From positions 64,001-128,000 of the IMG/VR virus record IMGVR_UViG_3300008108_000016: a stretch of 64,000 nt of DNA; one strand, 5' to 3'. This document shows positions 1 to 9,590 of the stretch, piece by piece (the first letter of the stretch is position 1; each line of letters opens with the position of its first letter). Both the position numbers and the translations under genes were made by a program. The stretch comes from a virus. The notes beneath the pieces are model-generated. The model was not told where the DNA came from. It saw nothing but the letters and a program-made list of their open reading frames with translations, and searched no databases.

Positions 1-710
1 TCTCCTGACGGGGCTATTACTTCTTTTGTTAGGTCTAATCTAGGTTCATTTTCCGCAATGAAATTCTTTATGTGTTTTGAATCCATTATAGGCATTGTTT
101 CAATAAATTTGGAGATAAATCCTCTATCATCATTTCCATCAATTGACACAATCATTTTATTTAATCTAATAGTTTGAGTTGGTGGTATTCTACCTGACGG
201 ATATTGATCAATGATACTATCAATCTCAATTAAATCTCCAATTGTCAATAATTTTAATTTAACCAAATTTCCACCTCTAGGTGATGTTGTTGTTAAATAT
301 CCATTTTCATCTGGTTTGGCATCTGTTTTTCTTATATTAAGTTCGTCCAATAAAATTGATGATGAAAATTCTTTTCCTGTTGCAGGGTCTTTTAGAAGGA
401 CATTATATTCAGGACCAAACGATGTGTTTCTTAAAAAGATCATTAAAGCCTCAATATCACCATCCAACATTTCGTCAGGTCTAAGGTCTGGTTCATAAAC
501 CTTACCTCTCAATAAAGGTAAAACAATACTTTCTCTTATTGATTTATTAGGGTTAATATTTGATATGGTATTTTCATCAGTCGCAGTTAGATACCCAACT
601 TTAACACTTTTCTTTTTTGATTTGTAAAAAATCCCATTAGATGGTAGTTTCACCACATCATGAGGTAAGTTAAAATCCATTTGACCATATTGATTAACAT
701 CTTGTTCCAT
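1..710 (-). CDS. Baseplate hub assembly protein, T4 gp26-like (partial, runs off the window start)
   Basis: Not in the ORF track. Manual translation from the ATG at 710 gives MEQDVNQYGQMDFNLPHDVVKLPSNGIFYKSKKKSVKVGYLTATDE...DIEALMIFLRNTSFGPEY, open to base 1. The LPS...YLTxxDE and FLRxxSxG motifs and the position downstream of the tube gene fit gp26. Confidence 0.7.
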   Translation of the reverse strand, partial: MEQDVNQYGQMDFNLPHDVVKLPSNGIFYKSKKKSVKVGYLTATDENTISNINPNKSIRESIVLPLLRGKVYEPDLRPDEMLDGDIEALMIFLRNTSFGPEYNVLLKDPATGKEFSSSILLDELNIRKTDAKPDENGYLTTTSPRGGNLVKLKLLTIGDLIEIDSIIDQYPSGRIPPTQTIRLNKMIVSIDGNDDRGFISKFIETMPIMDSKHIKNFIAENEPRLDLTKEVIAPSG

Positions 711-735
711 AATATTTTTTATTTTAAATAATAAT

Positions 736-2331
736 TTAATTTGTTTTTTTATCAATACTTAATTCCCATCTCGTATTACCACAATCGTATATTCTATATA
801 TTTTACGTTCAAACATAATTTCTTTTTCAGTTTTATTAGAATCAAATCCTTCTTTTATTAAAGATGATTTTTTAAAATTAAACCTATAATGTCTTTTATT
901 TCCAATAACATACCAATAGTTTGGTTTTGATTGAGATATAAATTTGAAATTTAACTTTTCATATAAATCGCCCTTAAATAACCTAATATCAGAATATGAA
1001 ATTATTTTTTTAGGGTTATTTATTTTTATAAAATTTTTTAATAGTTTTGATGCCGACCCAATAACATTAGTATTTAATTTATTACAAAATCTATTTAATT
1101 CCCATTCATCTGTTTTACCTCCCATTATAATTCTCCCTTTTGAGAATGTCATAATAGAAACCATTTCGTCTTTAAAAAATAAACCTAATCTAACTCTTGA
1201 GTTAACGGATCCTTGAATATGGTTTTTCTCCAAAAAATCCTTACACTCTTTAAAACCAACTTCTCTTATTTCACATTTTCTAGCAAAAATTTTATTTTCA
1301 GATATTTTAATTTTATTTTTTATTATTGATTTTATAATTTCTTGATTGTATATCCATTCATCTTCAAAAATATGAATTAATTCAATATTCTCACCCTCAC
1401 ATTTTATTGTTTTTTCTAAATGATAAAATGGTGTTTTAAATAACTCATTATGCCAATATAAACCATTAAATTCTATACCTAAATTATAATCCGGAATAAA
1501 AACATCAACTTCAGTTTTTTTATTTTTTAATTTAAAATTTGTTAGATATTTAACACCTATAACATCTAAAAAATCACAAATCTCATTCTCATATCCACTC
1601 CTTTGTTTAAACCCTAAAGGATTACAATTTAAACAAACATCATAGTTTCTCTTATATCTTTCATATAATAATTGTTTTGTTAATTCAGACTTATTACCAC
1701 ATTTAGGACAATCAATTATAACAGATCCTTTTTTCACCTCATTAAAATATATTTCGGAATATAAATTCTTATATTCTTGAGTGATTCTATTGTGATAATT
1801 ATTTGATTTAGAATAATTATCTACACCATATTTTAATTCGCAAGTTTTTTTATATTTTTCAATATTATTGTAATTTTCATTACCATAATTAATTAACTTT
1901 GTGTATTTACTTTTCTCAATGTTATTATAATTTTCATCACCATAATTAATTAACTTTGTGTTTTTTTGTTTTTTAACAAATTCTTTGTGTTCTGGATAAA
2001 AGTCCACACCATATTTATCATTAAATGTCTTTTTTTGTCTTTTGATTAATTCTTCTTTTGAAGAATTGGCACAAGATAAAGAACAAAAATCACCATATGG
2101 TTTGTCAAATCTGTTTCTAAATTTAACTTCATTACCACACTTAAAGCATTTTGGTCTTTCTTTTAACTTATGAAAATAAAAATAAAGTTTCTCCTTGAAA
2201 GTTAGATCTTGATTTAAAGTTTTTGAGTATTCAATTATACTATTATATAATTCTAACTCATTTTTCATTAACCATTTTTCGTTGGTCTTATATCCTGATT
2301 TATTATTGATTGTGAAAAATGAAAAATCCAT
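736..2331 (-). mobile_element. Free-standing homing endonuclease-like gene (Zn fingers, K/N/Y-rich repeats, PD-(D/E)XK/Vsr-like domain, Hef-like C-terminus)
   Basis: CxxC pairs, a tandem 19-aa repeat KLINYGxENYNNIEK (57-nt DNA repeat near 1860-1960), EVDVFIP...GIEFNGLYWH and IYDCG; inserted between the tube and hub genes. Confidence 0.75.
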
Positions 2332-2390
2332 ACACTTATTTTTAAATAAATATATGGATTAATATTTTGGTTGTAAAGGGTATGTAAAAA

Positions 2391-2879
2391 CTAGTACACG
2401 AGTATACAACGATCCATACGAAGTGTTGCTGAAATATCCGCAAGAGCATCTTGACTATAAGATAATGAACCAAAGTTTACGTCAGTTAAAAAAGTTCCCT
2501 CCAATATCCATTTTTCAACAACAACTCCTGTTGGATCCAACATCTCAATATCAACATTTTTCTTATATCCCGCAGCATAACCCATACGACCTGTTACAGA
2601 TTCAGCACATAAACGAACCCATTCCATAAGAGCCTGTGATGCTGATGGTCCGATTGGGTCACGGAATTTAACCTGAATAGGATCCCAGTTAAATCTACCA
2701 GCAACAAATGTTGAGGTGTTTAAGAATTGTATTTCAGTTGAACCGATTTTTATTGATGGTCTTGCGGCACTTTCCACAAACCACTCATTAATACCCAAAC
2801 TAGATGGGAATCTTATAATAAATCGGTTTTGTCTTTTCGGTTCGTAAGGAACTGGCATTTTCATTAATAAATCAGCCAT
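2391..2879 (-). CDS. gp19: Tail tube protein, T4 gp19-like
   Basis: EPKRQNRF, AGRFNWDPI, YKKNVDIEMLDPTGVVVEKW; 162 aa; downstream of the sheath gene. Confidence 0.9.
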   Translation of the reverse strand: MADLLMKMPVPYEPKRQNRFIIRFPSSLGINEWFVESAARPSIKIGSTEIQFLNTSTFVAGRFNWDPIQVKFRDPIGPSASQALMEWVRLCAESVTGRMGYAAGYKKNVDIEMLDPTGVVVEKWILEGTFLTDVNFGSLSYSQDALADISATLRMDRCILVY

Positions 2880-2944
2880 GGTTTTTTAGTTTTAAATTTC
2901 TGTTTATTTTTATTATAAATATATCGTTATTAAAATTTTTCTAT

Positions 2945-3844
2945 TTACTTTGATTTAATTTTTGATATCATCCTTTTAACTAGTTGCTCATAAATATTTT
3001 TTTCATCTCCTTTTGTATGATAAGTTCTTAATATATTATCATCTTTCTTTTCAAAATGTTTTTTCATTGATTCAATATTTCTTATGTCATCATCTGAAAA
3101 ACCTACCATAGGGGTAAATGGAACAAAATTATTACTAACATCATTCACAAATTGATATTCTTTCTTTTGAAGTCTTAATGAAAGTTTCTTTACATAACTT
3201 ATAAATTCTTCCATTGCTCTTATTTTACCTTCTTCAGGATTGGTTGCGGATCCTGCACCATATGAAACAGGATAAAATCTACATCTATCAAGGTAATCTT
3301 TTATTAATGAATTTTCATCATCAATAAATTTTAACCCCATTTTTCTTCTATACTCCTTAAGACTCTCCACTAGTTTTGATCTATTAAGACCTCCTCTTCC
3401 CATCATTATTAATTTGTAAACACCTTTTTTAAGTGTATTAGGGTGGTGACCTCTTGCTGTGATGATTGAAAATATTGACCCGTTATTGATTGCCTCAACA
3501 AAATCAGACCAAGGCTCTCTCACTAAAGGGGCGGTCTCAATATCCTTCATAAACTTTTGATCCCCAAGAGTACTAAAATATCTAAATGGAGTTTCGGCAA
3601 AACCAACAATAGTACTACCATTATATTTAAATGGAGTTTTTCCAATTTCAGTTCTGTATTCCGCAAAGTCTTCGGTTGACATGCCAACCTCATCTCCGTT
3701 TTCATCTAAAAGAATAATCTCCGTTGGCATTTTCATAAGATTATCATCCCAATCAAACGCATAATATTTAAGACCATACTTTTTTGATTCAACCTCATTA
3801 ACCATTTCGGTCATAATCTGCCTAACTAATATTCTATGATTCAT
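2945..3844 (-). CDS. HAD-superfamily phosphatase-like protein
   Basis: FDWDDN (motif I), ITARGH (motif II), GK, FSDDD (motif IV). Start moved to the ATG at 3844 because a TATTTAT motif lies at 3849-3855. Confidence 0.6.
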   Translation of the reverse strand: MNHRILVRQIMTEMVNEVESKKYGLKYYAFDWDDNLMKMPTEIILLDENGDEVGMSTEDFAEYRTEIGKTPFKYNGSTIVGFAETPFRYFSTLGDQKFMKDIETAPLVREPWSDFVEAINNGSIFSIITARGHHPNTLKKGVYKLIMMGRGGLNRSKLVESLKEYRRKMGLKFIDDENSLIKDYLDRCRFYPVSYGAGSATNPEEGKIRAMEEFISYVKKLSLRLQKKEYQFVNDVSNNFVPFTPMVGFSDDDIRNIESMKKHFEKKDDNILRTYHTKGDEKNIYEQLVKRMISKIKSK

Positions 3845-3865
3845 AATAATAAATATCATATAAAT

Positions 3866-3893
3866 AAAAAAAGGGAGAATTAATCTCCCTTTC
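3866..3893 (-). terminator. Rho-independent terminator after the sheath gene
   Basis: AAAGGGAGA-attaa-TCTCCCTTT hairpin followed by a T-run on the minus strand. Confidence 0.75.
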
Positions 3894-3909
3894 CTTTTTC
3901 ATTTTATCA

Positions 3910-6900
3910 TTAGATATTCTCAAATGATGCTCCCGTAGGTGTTATATAGAATGTGATATCTATAAATTCTAACGAACGAGTTGGTTTGATGTAAATCTTA
4001 CCTGTCATTTGATTTCTATCAAGATCCGCAGTATCTGAAGAAACTGTTACTCGGAAATCATATAAACCTCTATCTCTTCTGATTGAATCCAAAATTGGGT
4101 TAACCGCATTTAGGAAGTCCTGTCTTACTTGTTCGTCATTTTGATCAAACAATAATCTTACAGAAACCGCAGATATTAATTTACGTGCCTGTAACAATAA
4201 TCTTCTTACGTTGATTCTGTCAAGTGCAGATTCTCTAACTTGTAGAGTTTTATTACCCCAAATTACTGTACCAACATCAGAGAAAGTTGCAATTGGGTTA
4301 ATTCTTCCGATATAAAGAGTATCTCTATCTTCTTGAGTTAACTTCTTACGTGCTTTAACTGAATTTACAATACCACGAGTATAACCCGCCGCTGCGAACC
4401 AAGGGAATGCAATATTATCAGTTAACGCCAAGTTTCTCGTTACTTCCGCGGTTGCTGGAATATAAATTTGAGTGTTGTTAACCGTATCACGAGTTAATAC
4501 CCAAGGGTAGTAAGTTGCGGTGTAATTAGAGTCAATTCCCGCCTCTTCTAGATTGTCAACCGCCTCTTGTGGGTAAATCAAATTATCTCCACTTGTGGTT
4601 GTTGGAACAAACAAATTGTAGTCAGGAGTTGTTGTAATATACAACGAATCCGCTCTTTCATTTTCAATCATATCAATTGTATCACCAACAAGGTCTGAAT
4701 TATTAACATAATCAATACCAGGAGTTACAAATAAATTGATGTTAACCGCTTCAGGGTTAGAGAATGATCTAATACCCAATAGGTATGCGTAGTAGTCAGT
4801 ATTTGCCCAACTTCTTGTACCATCCCCAAGAGATATTTGTTTAAACGCTCCCCATCCAGTAGCCGTAGGATATCTATCAGTTGCACACGCTCCGTTTAAG
4901 AATCCTGTTCTACCAAGAACATATCTATCTCCGTTTGTTCTATACTCTCTATAGATATCCCATCCATCAAATCCTCCTTGTACGAACAATGTGAACTTTC
5001 TTGAGAATAATCTATAGTATGGACTTGTTTCATTTGTAGGTTCTGAACTAAACGCCGCGTCACCAACATAGAATCTTGGAGTACCACTTGTTGAGAAAGC
5101 ACTTCCGATTGTTAGTCCACTAGCGTTTTTATCCATGTGATAACCTCTAGTTTTATATGACCATTCGGCACCTTCCAAATCACAAGGAGAAATAGGATTT
5201 CTCTTACCAACATAATCAAAGAAGTCAGAATCATAACCCCAGAAGTTTGACATACCAAGATAAGTTCTTCTTACATTATCACCTCCTGTTGTTGTTGTAT
5301 TGTCTCCTCCTGTAGGTAATCCAAATGGTGGGTTGTAAATAACTTCACCAGGGAAATCATATTTGGTTTTGAAAATAGGGAATGGAGATCTTGCTCCCGC
5401 ATATTCTCTAAATGTAAACCCTTCAAATCCACAAGGTAGAGCATCAACTGGTGCGTCCTCATTCATTTCAACCATAATGAATTTAGAATTCAATTGGTAT
5501 TCACCATCCAATGTACCTACTTTTTTCGCAATGAAGTTATTTTGACTTGGATCCATAGAACAGTTTGTGAATTTCTCAAGAACTGTTGGTGCTGAGTCTG
5601 TGTCAAAATAATCACGAACTAACACTGTAAATGTTTGGTTAGCAAATGAAATATCTGTAATTGAAAGTTTAACTTCAGTGTTTGCAGAATTACCATCAGC
5701 AATTGTGTAGAACTTAAATAAGTTGTAAACTTTATTACCTCTCAATTCCGAAACAACCCAAGGAGAACTTGGAGATTGGTATCTATCCAAGTACCATCCA
5801 ATGGATGTAGATGAAGCACTTTGTGCTGAGTCCAAAGAAATTAAAGAAGAACTTAAACCTCTAATATATCCTTTTCTATATGCATAATTCAATAGAGATT
5901 GGAATCTTTCTTCCAAGAAAACCGGAACCGTATTTCTTGGTTTACCAAAGTTACTAGTACCAAATACTTTAGTCATGTATTTTGCGTCAGAAGTTGACAT
6001 TGAAGTTTCAAAACTAAAGTTGGTTCCTTCATAATTTGTTACATTAACCAAGAATGGTAAGTATGGGTTTTTAGAAACTCCTGAATACGCTCCCGTCATA
6101 TCTAAAGTAACATCAGTAATTCCTGTTACTTCCCAAGTTGGATTTGTTCCGTCAGTATAATCTGCAATACCTCTTGATCTTAATGTTGCCACAACTAAAT
6201 TATCATAATCCGTAAATGTGTTTCCTGTGTAGTAGTAAAGTCTACCAATCACACTACCTGAATAACAAGTTGTTATTTCACCAAGGTCTTGTGTTCCACC
6301 GCTTGTGAAATTACAAGGATTACATGGATCATTTACAACAACATTAACCACCCAAGTTGTAGTTGTAGAACCATCTTCGGAAGTTAAAGTGTAGGTAACA
6401 GTTCCCGCAGAGAAATTAACAACAGTTGTATTACTTACTTGTGTTACACTTTCCGCAGTAACTCCTGTTGTACAAGCACTGAATGTCGGTGTTAAAGCCG
6501 ATAAATCACCTGTAAACCCTGAAGGTAAACAAACATTAATTACATTTGTATTGTAATTGATAACACCAGAAGTACCACTAATACTATAATCGTAGAATGA
6601 CGCACAATTTGTTGATGTAGTGGTTGCGGTCACACCAGTTACATAACTATAAAATGAAAAACCTGTATAATTTCCATTACCTGTATTATCAAACAATGCG
6701 TAATACCAAGAATCATTAAGAGGTGAAGTTAAATCAGTATCATCAAATGAAACTGAAGGAACATCAAATCTGTTATTACTTGTTCCTGCAGAAAAAATTG
6801 GATTTAATATATTATAATCATCAGTATCTATTGACCCAAAGTAGTCAATTATTGTTTGACCTGTAAGAGGATCATCTAATGTAATAATGTCAAAAATAGT

Positions 6901-7479
6901 TTCAGTGATATTATCATTAAGAGATGAGGTTCCCCCATTGAATTGAGTATAAGGTTCTGTTAATATTGATTGAATCTCATCAGGGAATGAATTCAAGAAT
7001 GAAATAGTTGTTTGTGAATTATTACACCCACTAAAATCAACTGTAAAATCCAAAGTGTTTGCGGATGTACAAACGAAATCACAATCTACCGTAACACCAC
7101 TAGCACAATTAAATCCTACGGTTGCGGGATCAACATTTGCTGTTGTTACAATAGACCAAGAAGGTCCTGCATCATAACCCGATAATCCTAATATTCTGGT
7201 TACAAATAATTGATTTGATTGTTGTAAATATGATTTAGCGATATATGCTGCCTCATATTTAGGAATTTGAGTATTCACAAATTTTTCAGGTGAAGTTCCT
7301 CCGAAATAAGTTGTAAACTCATCGTAGTTTCTAATGAAGATAGGTTCAAATGCAGGGCCTTTTAAAGTCTCTCCCGCAATACCTAAAGTTGTTACACCAA
7401 CACTTTGAGCCACAAAACTTAAATCTACTTCAGAAGTATAAACACCCGGTGATACAAATACTTTACTGTTAGTTGCCAT
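3910..7479 (-). CDS. gp18: Tail sheath protein, T4 gp18-like, with a large insertion
   Basis: N-terminal FVSPGVYTSEVDLS; C-terminal PWFAAAGYTRG, INPIATF, VIWGNKTLQ, RINVRRLLL, IYIKPTRSLEFI. Confidence 0.95.
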   Translation of the reverse strand: MATNSKVFVSPGVYTSEVDLSFVAQSVGVTTLGIAGETLKGPAFEPIFIRNYDEFTTYFGGTSPEKFVNTQIPKYEAAYIAKSYLQQSNQLFVTRILGLSGYDAGPSWSIVTTANVDPATVGFNCASGVTVDCDFVCTSANTLDFTVDFSGCNNSQTTISFLNSFPDEIQSILTEPYTQFNGGTSSLNDNITETIFDIITLDDPLTGQTIIDYFGSIDTDDYNILNPIFSAGTSNNRFDVPSVSFDDTDLTSPLNDSWYYALFDNTGNGNYTGFSFYSYVTGVTATTTSTNCASFYDYSISGTSGVINYNTNVINVCLPSGFTGDLSALTPTFSACTTGVTAESVTQVSNTTVVNFSAGTVTYTLTSEDGSTTTTWVVNVVVNDPCNPCNFTSGGTQDLGEITTCYSGSVIGRLYYYTGNTFTDYDNLVVATLRSRGIADYTDGTNPTWEVTGITDVTLDMTGAYSGVSKNPYLPFLVNVTNYEGTNFSFETSMSTSDAKYMTKVFGTSNFGKPRNTVPVFLEERFQSLLNYAYRKGYIRGLSSSLISLDSAQSASSTSIGWYLDRYQSPSSPWVVSELRGNKVYNLFKFYTIADGNSANTEVKLSITDISFANQTFTVLVRDYFDTDSAPTVLEKFTNCSMDPSQNNFIAKKVGTLDGEYQLNSKFIMVEMNEDAPVDALPCGFEGFTFREYAGARSPFPIFKTKYDFPGEVIYNPPFGLPTGGDNTTTTGGDNVRRTYLGMSNFWGYDSDFFDYVGKRNPISPCDLEGAEWSYKTRGYHMDKNASGLTIGSAFSTSGTPRFYVGDAAFSSEPTNETSPYYRLFSRKFTLFVQGGFDGWDIYREYRTNGDRYVLGRTGFLNGACATDRYPTATGWGAFKQISLGDGTRSWANTDYYAYLLGIRSFSNPEAVNINLFVTPGIDYVNNSDLVGDTIDMIENERADSLYITTTPDYNLFVPTTTSGDNLIYPQEAVDNLEEAGIDSNYTATYYPWVLTRDTVNNTQIYIPATAEVTRNLALTDNIAFPWFAAAGYTRGIVNSVKARKKLTQEDRDTLYIGRINPIATFSDVGTVIWGNKTLQVRESALDRINVRRLLLQARKLISAVSVRLLFDQNDEQVRQDFLNAVNPILDSIRRDRGLYDFRVTVSSDTADLDRNQMTGKIYIKPTRSLEFIDITFYITPTGASFENI

Positions 7480-7600
7480 TTTGTCTTTTTTAATTTATAG
7501 ATTTATTTTATTATATAAATATTGATGTTTTTGTCAAAAACTTTACTTATATAAAAGTATTTATATCTTGGTGAGATTTTATTCTGCCTTTTTTCTACCT

Positions 7601-7762
7601 ATGGAAAACGAAGAAAAAAAAATAAAGAATTTGAAGATATCAATTGATGTTCACAATGTTTTAAAAAAGTATTGTGATAAAAGAGGTATTAAAATGTATA
7701 AGTTTTTGGAAAATCTTATTCTTGAAAAATGTCAAGAAAAAAAAGATATCTATGGTGAGTAA
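7601..7762 (+). CDS. Small ribbon-helix-helix-like DNA-binding protein
   Basis: KNLKISIDVHNVLKKYCDKRGIKMYKFLENLILEKC has a strand-helix-helix pattern; the ATG at 7601 is preferred; TATTTAT at 7558-7564. Confidence 0.55.
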   Translation: MENEEKKIKNLKISIDVHNVLKKYCDKRGIKMYKFLENLILEKCQEKKDIYGE

Positions 7763-8800
7763 TTATAATAACTCTTGAGTAAAGATTAAAATTGCATCAT
7801 CAAACCCAACATTTTTTACCACATCAATTTGTAGTTGATCCCCATTATTAATTTGGATCTCCTCAACGTTATTACCATAATAATCCCCATTAATATAAAC
7901 ATCAAAATTATCCACATTCAAAGAATAGGATGGTTTAAGATTAACATTATAATTAAATGTCTTAATTGTTTGAGTTATACCTGACGGATAATTAACTTCA
8001 TAATTTGATGGTGGATTTGGTTCTTCTTTTTTTTGTTTTCTCTTTTTTGTTGAAGTATCTGTTTCATACATTTGAAATATTCTTGAGATTGCAGGAGAAA
8101 CCTCAAACTCCTCTTCATCAATTAAAAACCCTAAAAGAGTGAAGTTATATTTTTGAATGTAGACTTTTCTCTTCTCAAGATCAAAAGAAGATTCATCTTG
8201 TATATCATCATTTACTATTGGAATATAGTGTCCTTTAATAACTTGATATGCTTGTCTTGATGAGAATTTTTCTAAAACTATTTGATTGAATTTATTTAAT
8301 TCCCTCATTCTATTACAAACTATTATAACAGTATATTTTATATCAACAGGCACTGGTTGTGGAATTTTATATATATCCATACCATGTCTTTGTCCATCCC
8401 AAGTTGGGACTTGAGCATAATAATATTGTCTTCTATTGGGGATATTATATCGTAAAGCGGGATTAGTTCCGTATTTAGGAACAGGGTCTCTAACTACCGT
8501 AATAAATGGAGGTTCGGCATTTCTATCAATATTTTGGAAGTTCCAAGTCTCCACGAATTGAGACCAATTTTGTGTTGATATTAAGATATCCACCATTGGT
8601 ACTGTCTTACCCTCAACCACACAAGTTAATTCATCTCTAACGAAATCCAAAAATCCACGATCCAAATCTGCATGAAGTAATGATTTGGGAAGATATGTTC
8701 CATCTCTCTCAATTAGCTCTTTTAATTCCTCTCTTCTTGGGTATAATGTTTTTGGTTCAACAAGAGGTAAATATTTTTTTATTTTTTTTGGTAATGGCAT
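7763..8800 (-). CDS. Putative tail completion/sheath stabiliser (gp15-like)
   Basis: Lies between the neck gene and the sheath; PQPVPVDIKYTVII segment resembles gp15-like proteins. Confidence 0.5.
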   Translation of the reverse strand: MPLPKKIKKYLPLVEPKTLYPRREELKELIERDGTYLPKSLLHADLDRGFLDFVRDELTCVVEGKTVPMVDILISTQNWSQFVETWNFQNIDRNAEPPFITVVRDPVPKYGTNPALRYNIPNRRQYYYAQVPTWDGQRHGMDIYKIPQPVPVDIKYTVIIVCNRMRELNKFNQIVLEKFSSRQAYQVIKGHYIPIVNDDIQDESSFDLEKRKVYIQKYNFTLLGFLIDEEEFEVSPAISRIFQMYETDTSTKKRKQKKEEPNPPSNYEVNYPSGITQTIKTFNYNVNLKPSYSLNVDNFDVYINGDYYGNNVEEIQINNGDQLQIDVVKNVGFDDAILIFTQELL

Positions 8801-8802
8801 AA

Positions 8803-9320
8803 TTATAATCCTCTAAATTCGTTAGGACCAACGTAAGAAGCAACAATAGTTCTATAGAAAGGTCGGTAACCAGCGTAGGTATGTTTATTGTCGGACACAA
8901 CACGACCATCATTATTTACAGAATAATATCTAACATTTGTTTCGCTTTCATAATATCCAATGTAATCACCATAATTTATATCAATATCAAGATCTTCTAA
9001 TGTCTTTTGATATACCGATATTCTAATATTACCTGGTTCCATCTGTTCTATTTTTGAAGATCCCATATTTTTATTTTCAGGAGCCATAACTTGGACAAAC
9101 GCATTAAATTCTACGGGAGGTAAAAACTTAATTCCATCCTCAACTGTTTCACCATAAACATCATCAGTTTTTGTTTTTTGTCTATCAATACGATAAAGAA
9201 CACAAGTGAAATTCATATCACCGATCAACCATTCTTCACCAAGCGATATTTCTAAAAAAAAAAATCTTCTTCGGAGAAGAATTTACCAAGCCTTGTTATA
9301 GGTACTTTGTTATTTGACAT
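8803..9320 (-). CDS. Neck/head-completion protein (gp14-like), interrupted by a frameshift at a T11 run
   Basis: The ATG at 9320 reads MSNNKVPITRLGKFFSEEDFFF then TAG. The -1 frame continues LEISLGEEWLIGDMNFTCVLYRIDR...DDVYGE into ORF 8803-9228. Confidence 0.65.
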
Positions 9321-9539
9321 ATAAGTTATGTTTTTTTACAAATTTATGTATAATTTTATTATTACATCCGTAGATTTTACCAATCTGAACATAGTTTAAT
9401 CCATTTATTAAATGGTTTTTTATATCACTAACCACTAAATTATAAATATTAGATTTTGGTTTATATATCCCATATTGTCTTAATTTTTTATTTCATTAGT
9501 ATAAGGACAATATAAACCATATAATTCAAACTTATCCAT
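9310..9539 (-). pseudogene. Internally deleted GIY-YIG homing endonuclease remnant
   Basis: MDKFELYGLYCPYTNEIK (GIY-YIG-like start, broken just before the YIG) is joined out of frame to an HTH-like tail, LINGLNYVQIGKIYGCNNKIIHKFVKKHNLYVK*. TATTTAT at 9547-9553. Confidence 0.6.
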
Positions 9540-9590
9540 ATTATTGATAAATATCCAAATATTGATTATTATTAGTATAAATTAACTATT

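Noticed and set aside
211-498. 95-aa plus-strand ORF, and the many other short antisense or nested ORFs in the track (e.g. 944, 4896, 25103, 30454, 63196)
   Set aside because: They are shadow frames of longer genes with recognisable motifs; at 211-498 the real gene is the minus-strand gp26-like CDS.
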